Numbered from the stretch's first letter, positions 44,933 to 55,194 are shown. The stretch: 64,000 nucleotides of DNA from an uncultured Hormoscilla sp. (GCA_963921275.4 OZ001293.3:704001-768000); one strand, 5' to 3'. A program made the numbers and translations. Notes: generated by a model not told the origin, from the letters alone.

Positions 44933-45645
44933 AAAAGGCCCTGGTAACAGGATCGGCGGTGGGAATAGGACGGGCGATCGCACTGGATCTTGCAAGTAAA
45001 GGATTTGATGTCGCCTTTCACTATAATAAAAGTGCCGAAGCAGTCAAAAAAGCGAGTCAAGAAGCTGCTACCCACGGAGTAAAATATATTGCCCTGCAAG
45101 CAGATATCACCAAACTTGATCGAGCTAAGTTTCTAGTAGAAACGGCAGCGGAAAAACTCGGAGGCTTATCAGTGGTAGTAAATAACGTGGGTGACTATTT
45201 GGGAAAAAAAATTAGCCAAGTATCCGTAGAGGAATGGCATCAAATGCTTGATTCCAACCTCAATAGCGCTTTCTATGTTAATCAAACCGCAATCCCTTAT
45301 CTAAAGGCAGCAGGTTGGGGACGGATCGTCAACTTTGCTTTCGCTAGTGCCCAAAATATGATAGCAGATGACATGCATCCAGTCTATAGAATTGCCAAAA
45401 CGGGTATTATTGTCTATACTAAGTCCCTGGCATTAGAGTTGATTGAAGACAACATTACCGTAAATGTAGTTTCCCCAGGAGTTGCAGAAAATTCCATTGG
45501 TTTAGAGGGAACGATCCCGTTATTACCAACTAAAAGACCCGCAACCTTAAAAGAAATCAGCAATGCGGTGGGTTTCTTTATCAGCCCTGAAGCAGATTAC
45601 ATCACGGGACAAATTTTGGAAGTTGCGGGGGGGTGGAGGTTATAG
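44926..45645 (+). CDS. SDR oxidoreductase (FolM/pteridine reductase-like by context)
   Basis: TGSAVGIG, NNVG and YRIAK motifs; lies among pterin genes. Confidence 0.8.
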   Translation: MLKKALVTGSAVGIGRAIALDLASKGFDVAFHYNKSAEAVKKASQEAATHGVKYIALQADITKLDRAKFLVETAAEKLGGLSVVVNNVGDYLGKKISQVSVEEWHQMLDSNLNSAFYVNQTAIPYLKAAGWGRIVNFAFASAQNMIADDMHPVYRIAKTGIIVYTKSLALELIEDNITVNVVSPGVAENSIGLEGTIPLLPTKRPATLKEISNAVGFFISPEADYITGQILEVAGGWRL

Positions 45646-45732
45646 TGTGGCCTGGAGTTCCTAAATTATGAGTCAAGTGGCTGGGGAATTGTTGTAAGAC
45701 TGAAAAATTACTATCCTTGATGACAGGAGGTT

Positions 45733-47506
45733 ATGCTGACTCTAGAAAATATCTACGAAATTTATGAAAGACATAAAGATGCCTTCAATGCTAGAGTTGA
45801 AGAGTTTAAACTGGGAGACAAAAGGTTTAACTTTAACGATAGAAAATCAATTTTAGGAATTGTTAATCTTTCCACAGATTCTTGGTATAAAAACAGCGTC
45901 TGTTATAATCCAGAGCAAGCTGTACGTCGTGCAATGGTACAGAAAATTCAAGGTGCAGATATCATAGACATTGGTATAGAATCTACAGTGCAAACAACAG
46001 AGAGAGTCGATGCTTTTAAACAAAACAGTAAAGTTTTGCCAGTTCTGGAAAGATTAAGTCAAGAATGTGTTTTAACTTCAGTGGAAACTTATTATCCTGA
46101 AGTTGTCAGAGAATGTTTAAAGGCTGGGGCAAATGTTATTAATTTGACAGGAGCAGAGAAAAGGGAGAAAATTTACCAAATTGTGTCTGAGTTCGATGCG
46201 GGAATTATTATGTGTTACGTGCAAGGGAAAAACGTGAGGGAGTTGGGAGACCTTAAGGTTGGAGACGATCCAATAGATTTAGTGTACGATTATTTCGCCC
46301 GAGAAGTGGAAACAGCAACTAAATTGGGTGTCCGAAAGATTTTTATCGATCCTGGAATTTGCTTTAGCTACAGCAATCTTTACACAAAAGAGGAATTCTA
46401 TTCGTTGCGTATTTGATATCAGATAACAACTCTTTTAAATAGTTTTGGATGGGGTCGAGCCGGGAATCGCTTCCCGACCCTCCCTTGAGGAACCGGACTT
46501 GCGATTTTCACCGCATCCGGCTACTGGGTACTAGGCCCTTTTCATAGGTAGACTTAATAGGAATTACTTCCGTTAGCCCTTGCCGCCTGTCTTTTCTTCC
46601 CTTTCCTGGTTTAGCGAGTGGTTGTTCTGATAACCGTTAGTATCACCATTTTCAAGTCAGTTTTACCAGTTATCCATACCTTATCCTCCACTTGCGTTTC
46701 GGATTAGTTCCGTGGCTTTTTAGGATTACTCATTCCAGCAGCTTCCTAGTATCACCGACCCACGTCAGCGCTGGCTACCCAGCATCATCTACATTACTGT
46801 AGATGTTATCCCAGGAATTACCCCGGGCATTCGCTTCTTGGGCCATCCCTCCCCCCGTGGCTTGCGCTTAACATCTAACTTGTCCTGATGGACAGCACAC
46901 GAGAGGTTACTTCGTTCCCTAACAACATTTCGCGATACCTTTAGGTCCACACTATACCCCGGGAGCTATTTGAGTACTATATTAGCCAGAGTCTAAAACT
47001 AATACTAGCTACCATTTCCTTTTTAGGCCAGCGCATATAGCCTTATTTCGCTGGTTCCTTATAACGAGGCTTGCACATGTTTGCCTGCTCTAACCTTGGA
47101 TATCTTTCCTAGCGGCGTCACCGGCTTAGGCTGCCAGTTATCCTACATTTGAGTCCTCGCTTAGCACCACGATGATGTCGCTTCGTAGCACCGAGGACCG
47201 GTGTCACCCCCGTACCTGGGGGGAGGGGAATTTAACCCCCATGCGGTCAGAGTTCCCGGCTAATGAAACCGGGCTAGCGTTCCGTGTTTGACCACGTTAG
47301 GCTAGAACGAATCGCACAGACTCAGGAGGTTAGGGTTTCCAATTTGCAACCAAGTCCCCACTGCATCGGAATGTTTTGCAGAAGAGTTCAGAAGTTCTCA
47401 AACTTTTACTGCAGTGCTGGCGATATTGGGAAAAACAGATCTTATGAGAACTCATGAAGTGCCTAAAGTTAAGGCTGTTTTGGATACTCTGAGTTTATTT
47501 GAGTAG
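45733..47506 (+). pseudogene. Dihydropteroate synthase-like protein with an internal TGA and an antisense intron
   Basis: GIVNLSTDS, GADIIDIG.EST, IDPG; LRI*YQITTLLNSF | RLRRLGFPIC...RTHEV rejoins in frame after removing 46447-47317. Confidence 0.85.
46447..47317 (-). mobile_element. ORF-less group II intron, 871 nt, copy 2
   Basis: Reverse complement of 23059-23929 with the same length; upstream exon also ends TGAGTCT. Confidence 0.93.
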
Positions 47507-47623
47507 CGACATTAGGAGAGTGCGAGGTGACAGCGCGATCGCAGCGCGAAGTGTGGAAGAGGATTTGCGATCGGTCTCCCCCGAGCTCGCTACTTGCACA
47601 AAAGGGGGGACACCGTCGGATGA

Positions 47624-48169
47624 TTAGTTCCGCTGGATAGATAAAGTCACTCCAGAACAATCTACTTTTTCGACCAGTTGACCGATCGTCTCTCGGGAGA
47701 CTGGTTCTATCCAGTCGGGAGCTATTTCCGCCAATGGCACCAAAACAAAAGCTCTCTGGGTCATTCTCGGATGTGGAATTTGCAATTCGGGGGTTTCCAG
47801 GATTAAATCCTCAAATAATAGTAAATCCAAGTCTAGGGTTCGCGGTCCCCAACGCTCTTGACGGACTCGACAAAACTGGTCTTCAATCCCTAGTATAGTC
47901 TTGAGTAATTCTTGGGGATTTAGTTCTACTTCTAGGAGCGCACAACCATTGATATAATCCGGCTGTGATGGACCAATGGGGACAGTTTTGTACCAGCTAG
48001 AGTAGGTTTTGACGGTAATGCCGGGCGTTCGATCGAGGGTTTTCAGGGCCGCTTCTAGGGTGGCCAGGGAGTCCCCCAGGTTACTGCCCAGAGCGATCGC
48101 GCTTTGGGTGAGCTTTGTGGTTGCTGCCTTGTCAGGGTTTAAGACCATCACTTGCGGGAAGTTTGTCAT
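47624..48169 (-). CDS. folK: HPPK (6-hydroxymethyl-dihydropterin pyrophosphokinase), copy 1
   Basis: IALGSNLG, WGPRTLDLD, PHPRM and RAFVLVPL motifs. Confidence 0.9.
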   Translation of the reverse strand: MTNFPQVMVLNPDKAATTKLTQSAIALGSNLGDSLATLEAALKTLDRTPGITVKTYSSWYKTVPIGPSQPDYINGCALLEVELNPQELLKTILGIEDQFCRVRQERWGPRTLDLDLLLFEDLILETPELQIPHPRMTQRAFVLVPLAEIAPDWIEPVSRETIGQLVEKVDCSGVTLSIQRN

Positions 48170-48500
48170 ATAACACGTTCACGAGCCGTACCATTGTAAC
48201 CCGTTCGGTAGTTCTTCAGCGGCAAATTCGATGTGAAGAACCCGCCGATGGCTGGGTTGGCCTGCTGGTAGGGAGGAATGGACTAGCAATGGCTTCATCA
48301 CCAGCACTCCGCCAGACTTAACAGTAGTAGTTATAGCATGTTTTTTGAGATTTGCAATTGTTTCCCGTGGGATAATTCCCCGATTATTTGATGTTGTCTT
48401 TCACTATAATAAAAGTGCAGAAGCAGCCAAACAAGCGAGTCAAGAAGCTGCTAACCACGGAGTCAAATCTATTACCATGCAAGCATATATTACCAAACTT
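48170..48500. pseudogene. Chimeric duplicate: PhyH 3' end (minus) joined to an SDR N-terminal fragment (plus)
   Basis: 48170-48385 matches about 53434-53650; 48386-48500 matches about 45003-45117. Confidence 0.8.
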
Positions 48501-48525
48501 ACCTGTCGTTTTGGCCTCCAAATGA

Positions 48526-49626
48526 TTAAGATTCAATAGCTCTCTGGGCCAGTACATCGTAGAACCAATTTTCCATACGATTTCCATAAACTTGCATGGT
48601 ATATTCTGCTTCCGCCTGCTGTCGGCAAGCTAAGCGGTCGAGTTTGTCAAGATTGCGAATTGCTTTTACCAATTCTGCCACGTTGTCGGGCGGAACTAGC
48701 CAACCCGTTTTGCCGTGACGCACGATTTCAGCGGGACCTCCCTTATTGTAGGTAATGACAGGCACGCCGCAAGCCAATGATTGAATAGCAGTCATGCCGA
48801 ATGCTTCAGTCCATCGATGGGTCATCAGATATCCTCGACTGCGCCGCAGCACTGACTGCATTTCGCTGATTGGCAGAAAGCCTAAATATTCTACCGGCGC
48901 TAAGGGATAATTTTGCTGGATACTCTCCCAGTAAGACTTATCCTGAAGCAAACCCATTATTTTCAAGAAAATACCAGTATTTTTTGCAGCCTCAACAGCA
49001 TCTTCCAATCCTTTTTCAGGAGAAATTCGCGCCACCCACACCAGGTAATCCTCTGGTTTGTCACAGTATTGGTACTCTTTTATGTTAATACCATTTCCCA
49101 CAATTCGACATCTGCTAGCAAATGGGAAAGTTTCTGCCTGAGCTTTTGTGTAAACGCCAATAGTACCGGGAAAACGAATGCTGGTTTGTTCGATAATATC
49201 ATTCATCGCTTTTGACAGAGATCCCATACTTACCAGATGAGCAATGGGAACATTCATAAACGCCGATAGATAAAAAGGAAGCCAGTCGTAAGCAAAGTTA
49301 ACTAGCAAATGGTAATTCGTTTGCTCTTCTCCAATCAACTCCCACATTCTGGTGAGTACGGAGTTAGTGGTTATTTGAATCGGGGCATCGCGATTTAATT
49401 CCTGCATGCTAGTTTGTAGCTCTCCGGCAATTTCAATTATGCGACAATCCACTTCTGTTATCGAACTCTGTGGCGCGACTATATCTACCTTATGTCCTCT
49501 GATAATCATCTCTCGGGCAATATTCTGTAATATGAATTCGACCCCACCACCAATGCCTGAACCAATAGCTCCCACAGGTGTAGAAGCAAATAATAAGCGT
49601 AACGGATTAGCTTGAGTAGCTGCCAT
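48526..49626 (-). CDS. GT4 glycosyltransferase, pteridine glycosyltransferase-like
   Basis: LLFASTPVG..GSG.GGGVE N-terminus, FAYDWLP, RISPEKGLED, EAFG motifs. Confidence 0.8.
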   Translation of the reverse strand: MAATQANPLRLLFASTPVGAIGSGIGGGVEFILQNIAREMIIRGHKVDIVAPQSSITEVDCRIIEIAGELQTSMQELNRDAPIQITTNSVLTRMWELIGEEQTNYHLLVNFAYDWLPFYLSAFMNVPIAHLVSMGSLSKAMNDIIEQTSIRFPGTIGVYTKAQAETFPFASRCRIVGNGINIKEYQYCDKPEDYLVWVARISPEKGLEDAVEAAKNTGIFLKIMGLLQDKSYWESIQQNYPLAPVEYLGFLPISEMQSVLRRSRGYLMTHRWTEAFGMTAIQSLACGVPVITYNKGGPAEIVRHGKTGWLVPPDNVAELVKAIRNLDKLDRLACRQQAEAEYTMQVYGNRMENWFYDVLAQRAIES

Positions 49627-49655
49627 TTTTTTGTCCTATACTTGCCATGCATACT

Positions 49656-49788
49656 TATAGCAATAGTCCGGACAGTTTTTAGGTAAACGGCTGAAACCCT
49701 GATTATCCGGGCGATGGTTGGTTAGTGGGGCTATTTCCGAGCCCGAAACCCGCATTCTACCGTTGCCACTGTCCGAAGTATTGTTATA
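49656..49788. mobile_element. TATAG-ended MITE
   Basis: tatagcaatagtccggacagt ... actgtccgaagtattgttata imperfect TIR. Confidence 0.65.
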
Positions 49789-49806
49789 GATGTTTCGTTC
49801 GATACT

Positions 49807-50567
49807 TCAAAGTTTTCGATAACACCGGGTTGTAATTAAATGCGGGTGAAACACTTCTAAAAAATGCGATTGCAGCGTTTTAAAAAAATATTCCACAATA
49901 GCAGAATCGTCTAATAGAAACGGAAATTGGTTGTCAAAGCCCTTATGAAAATACCAATTAATTAAAAATTTCCCATCGTCACTCAGCAGTTTATAAAACT
50001 CAATTAACTGTGATATTGGATCTCTTAAATGTTCCATGACGTCAAAACACATAATCGTGTCAAATGATTCGTCAATTCCCAATTTTGATGTGACGTGAAT
50101 TTTGTGAGATAACCCTAATTTTTGCGATCGCTCGATGACGAAATCGCAGTTAATGAGATTTACATCTAAATACTGAACTTGCGTAACATCGGGACACAAA
50201 GCTGCTGCGAGCAAGTGTGTTCGGATCCCCCCGCCAAAATCCAAAACGCGACCTTTGGTAAAATCCGCGATCAACTGTAGCATATTGCTGATATAATCGC
50301 AGCTTTCTAAATGCCACGCTGCTAATGACAAAATATAAGCCGTTCCCACTCGATCGCGTAGCGTGCGCGCAGCGCAATCTCGATAAAATTCATTCGCTGC
50401 TTCCCAATCAAAGTTTTCTCTTAATTCGGCGAGAGCTTGATAACCTTCCTGAAGTCGAATCTGAAGGTCTGTCGATCCATATTCAAAAACGCCTGGATGT
50501 GATTTTCCAGATCTAAATGATTGTCCCAGTAAGCCTTTAGAAACTCTGGTTTAGCTGCGGTTAACAT
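49807..50567 (-). pseudogene. Class I SAM methyltransferase, frameshifted near 50465
   Basis: VLDFGGG and CFDVMEHL; ATG 50567 frame stops early; 21-bp insert near 50357-50377. Confidence 0.75.
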
Positions 50568-50659
50568 AGAAAAAAACTCCTGACTCCTCTAAATTTATCT
50601 TGATGTTGCCCCTGTCAAGGACTCATTGATTACTCATTAGGTTGAGTAGTACCATCTTT

Positions 50660-51367
50660 TTACCTTTCTTTTTGTCCCATATTTGCATGGAGTATTGCAC
50701 CATTGAGCACTGAGTTCGTGGCTGCAAAATAAATGGTTTGTGCAATCTCGGCAGGTTCGATTAAACGATTTTGAGCATTCATACTTTTTATCTGATCGAT
50801 GATCGTTGAATCGTGATTAAGATGATTGCGCAACATTGGGGTATCGGTAAAACCAGGACAAACACAGGTTGTATGAATACCTCGATCCATTAAATCCTGG
50901 CAAGTGGCTCGCATTAGTCCCACGGCTGCGTGTTTGGAGGTGACATAACTAAAGGCACCAGGCACCGCCTTTTCGGAAAGGGTAGAACCCACATAAATGA
51001 TGGCAGAACCATTTGACATTTTTGGCAAAACTATCTGATTCAATATAGTTGGAGCCACTAGATTAATTTCCAGGATATCTCGGAAATTATTGGCTTCAAT
51101 ATTTTCCACATTATCCTTGTCTAACCGGGCAGCATTGTGGACTAAAATCACTGTTTCGGCATTTTCCAGTTGCGGGAGTAACTCTGTTTTCAGGCGGGAC
51201 TCAAAAAAGTTTTGAGTCAAATCTACCTGAATATTGACCACCTCACTCAATGGACATAAATTTCTGGAAAGATTGATCGCTTGAAAACCCTTATCAAGAA
51301 ATAGTTTAGCTGTCGCCAATCCTATGCCGCGACTTCCACCAGTTATCACCAAATATTTTTTGCTCAT
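50660..51367 (-). CDS. SDR oxidoreductase
   Basis: TGGSRGIG, HNAA and YVTSK motifs. Confidence 0.88.
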   Translation of the reverse strand: MSKKYLVITGGSRGIGLATAKLFLDKGFQAINLSRNLCPLSEVVNIQVDLTQNFFESRLKTELLPQLENAETVILVHNAARLDKDNVENIEANNFRDILEINLVAPTILNQIVLPKMSNGSAIIYVGSTLSEKAVPGAFSYVTSKHAAVGLMRATCQDLMDRGIHTTCVCPGFTDTPMLRNHLNHDSTIIDQIKSMNAQNRLIEPAEIAQTIYFAATNSVLNGAILHANMGQKER

Positions 51368-51864
51368 TTTTTACTCCAAAAACTGCTACCTGACTGACCC
51401 GGACCTGAGAAAATTTTAACCTCTATTGCGTGAATTAGATGCTCTGGGTGAGCTTCTACATGGACAATTAATTGTTGTAGAAACCAATGAGAAAGCTCCT
51501 CTACAGTAATATTTAGCACGGGTAGCAATTTTACATCTCTTTTAAGGAATGGGATTTTTTCTTTGTCATGATTGAAGAAAGCATAGATATATTCATCGGC
51601 TTCTTCTATTCTGAGATAATGATTTTTCAATGGTAGTAGTACCACTTCATCAAGAAATTGACAGTTCTCAAAGATAATTTTTTTGTAAATACCATAATCA
51701 AAGGTCATGCCATTTTCCATCACTTCAGCCTCGAACATAGCATAGACGGAAAAACTGTGACCATGGAGGTTTTCTCGTTCCCTCTCGGAAAAAATAGTGA
51801 AATGACCTGCTGCAAATCTCATTCTTTCTTTAAAAATTTCTATTTTAGTTAGTCGTTTTTCCAT
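51364..51864 (-). CDS. 6-pyruvoyl-tetrahydropterin synthase / QueD-family protein
   Basis: FAAGHF, ENLHGHSF and NITVEEL motifs. Confidence 0.85.
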   Translation of the reverse strand: MEKRLTKIEIFKERMRFAAGHFTIFSERERENLHGHSFSVYAMFEAEVMENGMTFDYGIYKKIIFENCQFLDEVVLLPLKNHYLRIEEADEYIYAFFNHDKEKIPFLKRDVKLLPVLNITVEELSHWFLQQLIVHVEAHPEHLIHAIEVKIFSGPGQSGSSFWSKK

Positions 51865-51917
51865 AAAATATTAGCAGTTTATTTACTTTCACTTTTATGA
51901 TTTAGCTTGACTCATTA

Positions 51918-52062
51918 GGGTGCATCTCAGCTTTGCAAATGGAGCAATTTAAGATTGTTTCATTGAGCAAGCTAAAATTGCAAAATTTCTCCATTTTCCC
52001 TTCTCAATTCGCAATTAGCCATTTTGCATTTGCAAATACAAATGCAAAAGTGAGATGCTCCC
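51918..52062. mobile_element. MITE with GGG(T/A)GCATCTCA termini and 8-bp TSD
   Basis: actcatta at 51910-51917 and 52063-52070. Confidence 0.85.
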
Positions 52063-52111
52063 ACTCATTAGTCTCACTCTCCCGATTTATTTTTGGCTTT
52101 TCACAACTTCG

Positions 52112-52247
52112 GGCACTGGTTCAGTTTGATTAATAAAACTGCTGAAACCCTTACAGGGCAGGTGTTTAGGCAATTGAGGATCGAAGATATATATCCCTTA
52201 CTGAATGAGGGTTTCAGGCGAGCATTTAATTAGACTGAACCAGTGCC
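52112..52247. mobile_element. GGCACTGG-ended MITE with a core related to 15081-15220
   Basis: ggcactggttcagt / actgaaccagtgcc TIR; no TSD seen. Confidence 0.75.
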
Positions 52248-52334
52248 CTACACCCAGCTTAATGATTCCAGATTGAACAGCACGTCAGCGGCGAAAGGTA
52301 ATTTCGTTCAACCCGTACCGAGAAATTACTGGCC

Positions 52335-52829
52335 TCATCCTGGGAAGAAGGGGACGCGGGGTTTGAGGATGTCGGGAGCAGTGGCCAAGGTGACCGCAGT
52401 GCGATCGGGGAAAGGGCGCTTGTACAGAACTAGGTCCGTGTTATATACGCCGGTGTTGTCGATCTCCGCACCATACTCCATTGCCAGGGGAACCAGTTCA
52501 GCTAGCCGGTTGGGTTCGTAAGCATCGTCAGCATCAAAGTTGGCGATCGCCTGCCCTGTAGAAATCTCAATGGCAGCGTTACGGGCGACAGCCTCTCCAT
52601 TCCCAGAGCTACCGGTGAAGGTTTGTTTCAAGCGGCGATCGCTAATACCTTGGTCTGAGAGCAAAGATAAGTAATCTACAGTATCATCCGAGGCGATCGC
52701 CGCCTCCCAGTTGCTATAGGTTTGGGCCAGGAGGCTTTGCACCGCTAGCGCAATCGTGCTTTCGGCTCGGTATGCTGGAATAATAATGCTGACTAGGGGC
52801 TGGCTATTCTTAGACATATTACTATACAT
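52335..52829 (-). pseudogene. GT2 glycosyltransferase, truncated
   Basis: VSIIIPAY, ARNAA and FDADD; only 164 aa, ending shortly before a MITE. Confidence 0.65.
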
Positions 52830-53433
52830 ACAATTCCCACAAAGCTTGGTTCTCTACCTTAAGAATATCTTTATAATTCAATTTCTGCTTCTTGTCCTCA
52901 ACATCCAACCTCCTCACTCCCGAACAGTCTGCCTTTTCGACCAGTTGGGCGATCGCCTCTCCGGAGACTGGTTCTCTCCAGTCAAAAGCAATTTCCGCCA
53001 ATGGCACTAAAACAAAAGCTCTCTCATTCATCCGGGGGTGAGGGATTTCCAGTTTCGGCGTAGAGAGAATCAAATCGGCAAATAACAGTATATCTAAATC
53101 GATAGTTCGCGGTCCCCAACGTTCTCGACAGACTCTGCCAAACTTGCGTTCAATGTCTAGCAATGTCTCTAACAATTCGGACGGACTTAGCTGTACCTCT
53201 AAGATAGCACAGCCATTGAGATAATCTGGTTGTGGCGGTCCTATGGGTGCCGTATTGTACCAGCTAGAGTAGGCTTTTACGGTAATGCCGGGCGTTCGAT
53301 CGAGGGTTTTAAGGGCCGCTTCTAGGGTGGCCCAAGAGTCCCCTAGGTTGCTGCCCAGAGCGATCGCGCTTTGGGTGAGCTTTGTGGTTGCTGCCTTGTC
53401 AGTTAATACCATCACTTGCGGTAAGTTTTTCAT
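52822..53433 (-). CDS. folK: HPPK, copy 2
   Basis: IALGSNLG, WGPRTIDLD and PHPRMNERAFVL motifs. Confidence 0.9.
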   Translation of the reverse strand: MKNLPQVMVLTDKAATTKLTQSAIALGSNLGDSWATLEAALKTLDRTPGITVKAYSSWYNTAPIGPPQPDYLNGCAILEVQLSPSELLETLLDIERKFGRVCRERWGPRTIDLDILLFADLILSTPKLEIPHPRMNERAFVLVPLAEIAFDWREPVSGEAIAQLVEKADCSGVRRLDVEDKKQKLNYKDILKVENQALWELYV

Positions 53434-54125
53434 CTAATCTGTTCGCGAGCCATACCATTGTAACCCGTTCGGTAGTTCTTCAGCAGCAAATTCGATGTGA
53501 AGAACCCGCCGATGGCTGGGTTGGCCTGCTGGTAGGGAGGAATGGACTAGCAATGGCTTCATCACCAGCACTCCGCCAGACTTAACAGTAGTAGTTATAG
53601 CATGTTTTTTGAGATTTGCAATTGTTTCCCGTGGGAGAATTCCCCGATTATGGGAACCTGGTATTAGACGTAGGGCACCGTTGTCAGCATCTGCATTATC
53701 TAGATGAATGCGTAGGGTTAGCATTTTCTCTAATATACTCACGGGAGGCTGGACGCGATCTACCCTCTCTTTAATCGACCAGGGACCGAAACCTTCCGTG
53801 TCGATGCGTTGGCCCACGGCAATGGTAAGAGCCTGATGCCAGGATACTCCCCAGTTTGCTTCTGGGTTTTTGTCAAAGAAAATGCCCCGCACGGGAAAAG
53901 CCCGATCGGTTATACGAGGGCGCGGATGGCTGTTTCCTCACATAGCTGACGCACTGCCCGAATGATTTCCAGGAGGCGACGCATGCCATAGTGCTTAGCG
54001 GCTCTGTGTTCTCGGGCCGATCGCACTTCAGATATTAGATCGGCTACCTGATGCTTGTCAAGCACTCCCGGAACCAGGCTAAACCCATGCTGCTCTACAG
54101 TCTGACAGTAGGAAGTGCTCTCCAT
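53434..54125 (-). pseudogene. Phytanoyl-CoA dioxygenase-family protein with a stop and frameshift near 53910
   Basis: FFDK...NW.V.WHQ, RIHLD, NGALRLIPGSH and RRVLHIEF. Confidence 0.8.
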
Positions 54126-54203
54126 CTTATCACTTATCAATTTGATATGGTATATCTTAGCCTGGAGACATCTTGCTGGGCGATGGCCGATCGGGAGAGC
54201 CCC

Positions 54204-54697
54204 GGGTGTGGTCAAAACCCGTTGATACGCTACAAGGCATGGATATCCCCCCAGGATATCGCGAAGGAGGGCCGTGAGACTCTTCACATCTCATGATGAA
54301 CGGTTGCCAACGGGCGCAAGACCACACCAGTTTTAAACCCCAACCGAGAGGTTTTAAACCCCAACCGAGAGGTTTTAAACCCCAACCGAGAGGTTTTAAA
54401 CCACAACCAAGAGGTTTTAAACCACAACCGAGAGGTTTTAAACCTCAACCGAGAGGTTTAAAACCTCAACCGAGAGGTTTTAAACCCAAACAGTGGGGCA
54501 CCGGAAACGCGGGTGTGGTCATGCATTAGTTGCATAGGGATCCCCCCCCAAACCCCCCCGCGCCAATTGGGCTATGGAAGCTTCCCGAATTGCGCGGTTT
54601 CCCCCGAAGATGCGGGGGGTTTGGGGGGATCCGGGGGTTTGGGGGGATCCTCCGACTGAGAGGGCCCATGTTAGATCGACGGGTTTTGACCACACCC
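54204..54697. mobile_element. Composite non-autonomous element with GGGTGTGGTC termini, 9-bp TSD and an internal 21-bp array
   Basis: TIR gggtgtggtcaaaacccgt; gagagcccc at 54195-54203 and 54698-54706; ttttaaaccccaaccgagagg x7 from 54331. Confidence 0.85.
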
Positions 54698-54789
54698 GAG
54701 AGCCCCGTCCGAGAGAAATATCTTGAGAAAATTTGATACAATTTAAGTTAATCAGCTAAGATAAGGTAAATATTACACAGAAGAGCTAC

Positions 54790-55146
54790 TTGATGGAACT
54801 AGAAAAACTGGGCCAATATAAGGAATATGAAGAATCGGTTTTCCAGGGACTAGAGGGGGTGAAGCAGCCTTTGCCAGACTGGGTGCCACTGGATCGCCGT
54901 CAGAGTCTGGAAAGCCTCAGACAAGCAGCCACCAAAACAGTAGAACTAGCATCGTCGCCGGTGAAGAACGGGGTGATGGGAGAATTCAGTAGCGGCAAAA
55001 CCTTGCTGTTGGGAAGCTTGATCGGCTACGCGGATGCTTTACCGGTCAGTGAAACCTCCACTACAGGCAACGTAACTGCTGTCCACCTGATGCAGGAAGA
55101 CTCACTCCAGACCACTAAGGTGGACCAGTTGCAGCAACATCAGTAA
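54790..55146 (+). pseudogene. Dynamin-like GTPase N-terminal fragment
   Basis: GVMGEFSSGKT..LPVS...TTG G1/G2 motifs, then an early stop. Confidence 0.65.
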
Positions 55147-55194
55147 AATGATGCGTTCAGAGATGTAAGAGCAGAGCGATAAAAGAAGATCAAC

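Noticed and set aside
8645..46416. Programmed stop-codon readthrough or recoding
   Set aside because: Internal stops are of all three kinds (TAG, TAA, TGA) and coexist with frameshifts, which fits decay rather than recoding.
54293..54529. ORF with FKPQPRG repeats
   Set aside because: It is only the translation of the 21-bp tandem array inside a mobile element.
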